The notes beneath the pieces were generated by a model that ran no database searches, was not told where the DNA came from, and saw nothing but the letters and a program-made list of their open reading frames with translations. From positions 1 to 32,503 of the IMG/VR virus record IMGVR_UViG_3300032250_000069: a stretch of 32,503 nt of DNA; one strand, 5' to 3'. Positions 28,250 through 32,503 of the stretch are shown in pieces. Position numbers and translations under genes: made by a program. The stretch comes from a virus (Duplodnaviria > Caudoviricetes). Every line of letters begins with the position of its first letter. Position 1 is the first letter of the stretch.

Positions 28250-28700
28250 TTATGTAACCGCATGTATTTGTATAATGTAACCACGATATAGCACATAAGC
28301 CAACAATCTACAAAAAGTCAGTAGTTTATCAGCGATATAATGTAACCTTTAAATTTAGATTATTGTAACCTCCTTGCTAGGCTTGGGTTGTAGAGGCAAT
28401 AATCTAAATAATCTAATAATCTGCGCCTTAAATTGTAAAACAGGGGGGTGTTGTGTTGTTAGATGGTTACATGCCCACATCAATGTAACCTGTAATAAAA
28501 ATTTACTGTCTGGTGTGTGTTAAATAATGATAGATTATTAGATTATTTAGATTATTTATATATATATATACTGGAACCCGCACCAATGCTAGTGGTTACG
28601 TTTAGTAATTTAATCTGTGGTATGTAACCGCCATAGATTGCATAGATTATTGCTTAGATTGTTATAAAACGTAACCGATACAGTATAAAAACGTAACCAC
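28250..28700. repeat. Iteron-rich non-coding region, putative replication origin
   Basis: 10 GTAACC/GGTTAC copies; perfect 25-bp inverted repeat at 28398-28422 and 28532-28556; (TA)n run at 28557-28570. Confidence 0.6.
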
Positions 28701-28786
28701 CCCATGCGATATAGTGATATGTGTCGCTGTTGAAGGCTGCACCCCCCGGCGTATGGTTGGTAAAAACTTAAACAAAAAATAAGAAC

Positions 28787-28813
28787 AAAAGAAAACCCGG
28801 CTTTCGCCGGGCT
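28787..28813 (-). terminator. Rho-independent terminator
   Basis: AGCCCGGC-GAAA-GCCGGGTT followed by TTCTTTT on the - strand. Confidence 0.85.
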
Positions 28814-28827
28814 GGTTGTTCAGTAGA

Positions 28828-28855
28828 CAGACTAGGTTTCCCTAGCCTGCTCCTT
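28828..28855 (-). repeat. SD-hairpin element family B, copy 3 (no gene follows)
   Basis: AAGGAG CAGGCTAGG-GAAA-CCTAGTCTG; the single change gives a G-U pair; the terminator follows. Confidence 0.85.
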
Positions 28856-28862
28856 GTTAGTT

Positions 28863-29009
28863 TTAATTCAGTGGTATTACGTTGATGTCAGTGCACTTAC
28901 ATACCCATAACTTAAATCTTGCTTTAAGTAGTCCTAGGTATCCGACTGCTATGGTTCTATCAGTTGTATCTATTGCTGTTGTGTACATCACTAAGAATTT
29001 AGTTTTCAT
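28863..29009 (-). CDS. Hypothetical 48-aa protein (not in ORF track)
   Basis: MKTKFLVMYTTAIDTT...NVIPLN; ATG 7 nt after a family B element; stop just before the next element. Confidence 0.6.
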   Translation of the reverse strand: MKTKFLVMYTTAIDTTDRTIAVGYLGLLKARFKLWVCKCTDINVIPLN

Positions 29010-29016
29010 TTTAAGT

Positions 29017-29044
29017 CAGGCTAGGTTTCCCTAGCCTGTTCCTT
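29017..29044 (-). repeat. SD-hairpin element family B, copy 2
   Basis: AAGGAA CAGGCTAGG-GAAA-CCTAGCCTG ACTTAAA ATG. Confidence 0.9.
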
Positions 29045-29056
29045 GTTGGTTAAAAT

Positions 29057-29248
29057 TTACTGCGAAAATGTTTGCATCATTGACGAAAACATTTTCATGC
29101 ACTTAATTTCTATTTCCCGCGTTTCCTCTGCTGATAGTATTGGCTCAACATACGGGCGGGAGCTCCTTTCTCTCCAACGGGCGAACAGAGCTTCCTTCTC
29201 TGCCGCTTTCGCGGCTATTTCCTCTGGTGTAAGTTCAAAATAAAACAT
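29057..29248 (-). CDS. Hypothetical 63-aa protein
   Basis: ATG 7 nt after a family B element; bounded by elements on both sides. Confidence 0.65.
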   Translation of the reverse strand: MFYFELTPEEIAAKAAEKEALFARWRERSSRPYVEPILSAEETREIEIKCMKMFSSMMQTFSQ

Positions 29249-29255
29249 TTTATGA

Positions 29256-29281
29256 CAGGCTAGGTTTCCCTAGCCTGCTCC
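29256..29281 (-). repeat. SD-hairpin element family B, copy 1
   Basis: GGAG CAGGCTAGG-GAAA-CCTAGCCTG TCATAAA ATG. Confidence 0.9.
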
Positions 29282-29293
29282 GTTTAGTTTAGA

Positions 29294-29557
29294 TTAGAAC
29301 AACTTTTTCTTTTCAGTTGTCGGTTTAGTTTCGTTACTTTCGAGGATTGTTATCCCGTCCAGTGACGTAGTCTTAAAGTAGACTGCACCGCCTGCCATTG
29401 GTGGCACGCTAGTCATGAAAGCGCATCCTTTCGGCTGTTTCACAATCTTGGCAGTGATGCCAGAGAATGTGCCGTTTTCATTGACTCGAGTGGCTGTAAC
29501 TTCCAGAGTGAAAGTGACAGGTGCAATCGACCTCTTAACAGTGGCTTGATTAGCCAT
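29294..29557 (-). CDS. Early protein, paralog 2 (VNENGTFSG...EKKKLF)
   Basis: AGGAG SD; paralog of 27809..28075. Confidence 0.8.
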   Translation of the reverse strand: MANQATVKRSIAPVTFTLEVTATRVNENGTFSGITAKIVKQPKGCAFMTSVPPMAGGAVYFKTTSLDGITILESNETKPTTEKKKLF

Positions 29558-29616
29558 AATGTTTCTCCTAATGTTGTTAAAGAACTTTTGTTTCAGTGCT
29601 GTATCAGCACAATTTC

Positions 29617-29644
29617 AGATTGCCACAAATTAAAAAAATGACAA
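29617..29644 (-). promoter_or_regulatory. Early promoter 2: TTGTCA-16-CAATCT with extended -10 TGn
   Basis: Same conserved blocks and spacing as 28144-28171. Confidence 0.6.
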
Positions 29645-29827
29645 AAAGTGCCTATTTTATGGTGCTTTGCCAGCAGCTTGCCAGCAACTTGTGATGTTAT
29701 TTTCGTTGATGAAACCTTGCTCAAGGGGGGGTCACATGGACTCGCTAGCGCGCAGCCCCCCTAGTGTAGTAAACCGCTTAAAGCAAGACCTCCTAAAACC
29801 ATCGGTTACACTCACGTAACCATATGC

Positions 29828-29856
29828 TTGACAAAATTCGCGGCATCTACTAAGCT
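29828..29856 (+). promoter_or_regulatory. Sigma70-like promoter TTGACA-17-TAAGCT
   Basis: Directly upstream of the terS-like gene; preceded by the palindrome GGTTAC-N6-GTAACC at 29804-29821. Confidence 0.55.
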
Positions 29857-29866
29857 CATGCTCACT

Positions 29867-30361
29867 ATGGATACATTACCGTTAAAACATACCAAGTGGT
29901 CTGACCGTCTAGCGTTTGACATTGCCCTCACACTTGAGGGTAGCGGAGAAACCCTGACCGAAGTAACCATACGACACAACATATCAACCCTAGAAATCCT
30001 GCAATTCAATCGAGACCCCGTGTTTCTTAAGCGCGTGGAATCATATCGTGAGGAAATCAGGGAGAAAGGGTTGACATTCCGGCTAAAAGCCCGGGCCCAA
30101 TCGGAAGAACTACTCACAACATCTTGGATGTTAATCCATGACCCGGGGGTAAGTGCCGCAGTTAAGGCTGACCTAATCAAATCCACAGTGAAATGGGCTG
30201 GGCTTGAGCCGAAATCCAATGAAAATGATGGAAGTGCAGGGGCTGGTGGAGTTAAAATCACCATAAATTTGGGTGGTCAGCAGGTGGAGACTGCCATAAT
30301 TGAACACCAAACCCCAGAGCTGGAGGAAAAAGATGTCACTAGCACCGAATATTATGAGTAA
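29867..30361 (+). CDS. Putative terminase small subunit (start uncertain: 29858 or 29867)
   Basis: HTH-like N-terminus, helical core and GVKITINLG C-terminal strand; first gene of the terL operon. Confidence 0.55.
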   Translation: MDTLPLKHTKWSDRLAFDIALTLEGSGETLTEVTIRHNISTLEILQFNRDPVFLKRVESYREEIREKGLTFRLKARAQSEELLTTSWMLIHDPGVSAAVKADLIKSTVKWAGLEPKSNENDGSAGAGGVKITINLGGQQVETAIIEHQTPELEEKDVTSTEYYE

Positions 30362-30530
30362 ATTTGAGGAAACGTACGATGGATTCAAGGTTGCACGCAT
30401 AGCCAACTCAGTAGAAGCATACAATTTGGAGCTTATACTCAAAGAGAACAACATTTCATACCACACTCGCATACACAAACACAAGAAACGTGGGCGAGAG
30501 TTCGTTATAACGCTACTTGAGGTAGCATAA
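30333..30530 (+). CDS. Hypothetical protein
   Basis: GGAGG SD before the ATG at 30333; abuts the next ATG. Confidence 0.6.
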   Translation: MSLAPNIMSKFEETYDGFKVARIANSVEAYNLELILKENNISYHTRIHKHKKRGREFVITLLEVA

Positions 30531-30704
30531 ATGAAACGCAGAGTGTGGTCACATGTGGTTCCGGTCGAAGATACGTGGGACCACTACCTAGATGGGCGGG
30601 ATTGTTGGTGCGAACCTGATTATGATGAGGAAAATGAGGTAGTTTTACACTACAGCATGGATATGCGGGAGTTTTTTGACGTATTACCAAGGACAGTACA
30701 CTAA
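30531..30704 (+). CDS. 57-aa His/Cys-motif protein (not in ORF track)
   Basis: HVVPVED..DH, CWCEP and HYSMDMRE motifs; GAGG SD; TAATG coupling to terL. Confidence 0.7.
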   Translation: MKRRVWSHVVPVEDTWDHYLDGRDCWCEPDYDEENEVVLHYSMDMREFFDVLPRTVH

Positions 30705-32092
30705 TGGCACTAGAAATTAACTACACACCACCCCCAACTGGGGCTAAGTTCATGCAGAGTGACGCAAAAATGCGTGTACTGATGGGTCCGGTAGGGTCAG
30801 GCAAGTCTGTAACCTCATCATTTGAGATTGTGCGCCGAGCATCCATGCAGAAACCCAACCAGCAGGGGATACGCAAGACACGGGCAGCGATTGTGCGGGA
30901 AACTGCTAGGCAGTTGCAGGATACGACCATCAAAACGTTCTTAGACTGGTTCCCGCCGGGGCAATGTGGGCAGTATATGCGTACGACCAAGACATATTTC
31001 TTCAAACTCGGGGATGTGGAGTGCGAGATTATGTTCCGTGCACTGGATGACGCTGATGACGTGGCTAACTTGAACTCACTGGAGCTTACGTTTGCATGGT
31101 TCAACGAGTGTAGGGATATTCACCCTGACATTATGGATGCGATGTCTAAGCGTATTGGACGTTTTCCGTCTGCGAAAGATGGTGGTCCGTCTTGGCATGG
31201 GATGTGGGGCGACACTAACCCCCCGACTATGGATACATGGTGGTATTACCAGATGGAAGGGCTTGACCCTAAAGACGGAGTGTCTGCTAACAACAACGGA
31301 TGGAAAGTATACAAGCAGCCGTCAGGTAGAAGTCCACAAGCAGAGAACGTTGAGAATTTACCAGAAGGATACTACGATACACAGGGTCGTAGTGAGGAGT
31401 ATGTCCGAGTATACATTGATGGTGAGTACGGGTTGTCCTCAGCAGGTATGCCGGTGTATAAATATTTCAGAACAGATTACCACATGGCCAAGGAACGGTT
31501 ACGATTTATTCATAACGGTATAAGACCTGTCATTGTTGGTATGGACTTAGGGCTAACACCGGCGGCGGTTATCGGACAGCAGGACCCGCGAGGTCGGGCA
31601 CTGGTACTTGGTGAGTGCGTTAGCTTCGACATGGGTGTGCAACGGTTTATGCGGACAATGTTGAAACCACTGCTGTATGAGAAGTTCGGTGGAGCACCAG
31701 TGCTTATTGTTACTGACCCGGCCGGTACTCAGCGAGCACAGACCGATGAACGCAGTGCGGTAGACATTATCAAGGCTGAGGGGTTCAAGGTTATACCGGC
31801 TAAGACGAACAGTGTGGCAGCACGGATTAATGCGGTCGATGATTTCCTAATGCGGCAAGTGGATGGAGACCCAGCATTTTTACTTGACCCCGGCTGCACG
31901 CAGCTAAAAGCTGCTATGATGGGGGGTTACCGGTATAAGCCCAAAGGTGATGGTGAGATTGATAAGAACAAACATTCGCACGTAGCTGAGGCGTTGCAGT
32001 ACCTGATGTTACATATAGGCGTTGTAGGTGATGGAGCAGGACGAGTGCAAAAACGTGAGGTAAAACGTATTGCATCTACAGGATGGACTTGA
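30704..32092 (+). CDS. terL: Terminase large subunit
   Basis: Walker A GPVGSGKS, Walker B AWFNE, DTNPP coupling motif, nuclease motifs GMDLG, DPAG and SHVAEALQY. Confidence 0.92.
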   Translation: MALEINYTPPPTGAKFMQSDAKMRVLMGPVGSGKSVTSSFEIVRRASMQKPNQQGIRKTRAAIVRETARQLQDTTIKTFLDWFPPGQCGQYMRTTKTYFFKLGDVECEIMFRALDDADDVANLNSLELTFAWFNECRDIHPDIMDAMSKRIGRFPSAKDGGPSWHGMWGDTNPPTMDTWWYYQMEGLDPKDGVSANNNGWKVYKQPSGRSPQAENVENLPEGYYDTQGRSEEYVRVYIDGEYGLSSAGMPVYKYFRTDYHMAKERLRFIHNGIRPVIVGMDLGLTPAAVIGQQDPRGRALVLGECVSFDMGVQRFMRTMLKPLLYEKFGGAPVLIVTDPAGTQRAQTDERSAVDIIKAEGFKVIPAKTNSVAARINAVDDFLMRQVDGDPAFLLDPGCTQLKAAMMGGYRYKPKGDGEIDKNKHSHVAEALQYLMLHIGVVGDGAGRVQKREVKRIASTGWT

Positions 32093-32104
32093 TATACTAT
32101 GCCT

Positions 32105-32174
32105 GTGTCATCAATACGGTTCCCCCGTACTCCTCCAGCCCTAGTGATTTTTGTAATCACTGGGGTTCTTTTTT
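32105..32174 (+). ncRNA. Candidate ~70-nt small RNA with an exposed anti-SD (CUCCUCC)
   Basis: TTGCAT-17-TATACT (32070-32098) upstream, then hairpin TACGG-TTCCC-CCGTA, CTCCTCC and a terminator. Ends are inferred. Confidence 0.4.
32137..32174 (+). terminator. Rho-independent terminator after terL
   Basis: AGCCCTAGTGATT-TTTGT-AATCACTGGGGTT followed by CTTTTTT. Confidence 0.75.
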
Positions 32175-32241
32175 ATTTTAATTTCCTATATACTTCTTGA
32201 CAATACCGTACTACAATATGTTCTAGTCAGGGAGAAAGTAT

Positions 32242-32493
32242 ATGAAAAGTTGCACAAAACCGTACACAGTTACTTCTACGAACTCTAAAATGAATACCGC
32301 GTCTAAAGCTAAAGCTGGTAAAGGCTATAGCAACGGTGGCTATGTCATGCAGCCTGAGGACTACGTGGATGAAGAATCTAAAGAAGCAGCTAAGAATAGG
32401 GCTCGTGATGCCCAAATCAAAGCTGATTATGAGATGGTAAAAAAGATGTACCCACCTAAACCCAAGAAAGAAACGAAAGAAAAGAAAAGGTAG
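32242..32493 (+). CDS. Small basic hypothetical protein
   Basis: GGGAG SD; Lys-rich; YSNGGYV motif. Confidence 0.6.
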   Translation: MKSCTKPYTVTSTNSKMNTASKAKAGKGYSNGGYVMQPEDYVDEESKEAAKNRARDAQIKADYEMVKKMYPPKPKKETKEKKR

Positions 32494-32503
32494 ATAACCA
32501 TGG

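Noticed and set aside
27472-29281. Hairpin repeats as a CRISPR array (a Cas4-like gene is present in the window)
   Set aside because: The intervals are 170-280 nt, unequal and protein-coding. There are no cas1/cas2 genes, and Cas4-like nucleases are routine in phage replication modules.
27472-29281. SD-hairpin elements as plain terminators
   Set aside because: Only one copy has even a short U-run. All have an SD directly 5' of the stem, and four have an ATG at a fixed distance 3' of it.
28119-29610. 3-nt-loop hairpins as N4-type virion RNAP promoters
   Set aside because: No RNA polymerase motifs were seen in the giant protein, and sigma70-like boxes lie directly upstream.
31092-31523. 143-aa alternate-frame ORF inside terL
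   Set aside because: No SD or recognisable motif, unlike the nested ORF at 3734.
32197-32222. TTGACA upstream of the last ORF as a sigma70 promoter
   Set aside because: No acceptable -10 at 16-18 nt spacing (TACAAT is only 9 nt away).
1-32503. Alternative genetic code, introns/inteins, DGR or integrase
   Set aside because: Genes are full length under the standard code; polA, terL and the helicases are uninterrupted; no reverse-transcriptase or recombinase motifs were seen.

Overview
This window is about 32.5 kb of a dsDNA tailed-phage genome with a podovirus-like layout; no host genes, integrase, tRNA or CRISPR array were seen. From left to right: (1) the end of the + strand virion module, with a 5'-truncated lytic-transglycosylase protein and a 2962-aa polyvalent internal-virion protein; (2) a - strand replication module (primase-helicase, HTH, SSB-like, SNF2 helicase, VRR-NUC, Cas4-like nuclease, PolA, DUF3310, TraR-like); (3) a - strand accessory region including a MoxR-like AAA / DUF3150-like / 25-aa peptide / peptidase-vWA operon; (4) two duplicated early transcription units either side of an iteron-rich putative origin; (5) the + strand packaging module (terS-like, terL). 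The most unusual signals are a repeated 'Shine-Dalgarno - GNRA hairpin - 7/8 nt - ATG' split ribosome-binding element that also delimits the early genes like cassettes (one copy is empty), a nested out-of-frame gene (MPFKSQAQRKWMYAN...) inside the giant virion gene, two ART-like domains in that protein, a candidate anti-SD small RNA after terL, and a K/R-free acidic early protein. All family calls come from recognising motifs by eye; no searches were run.
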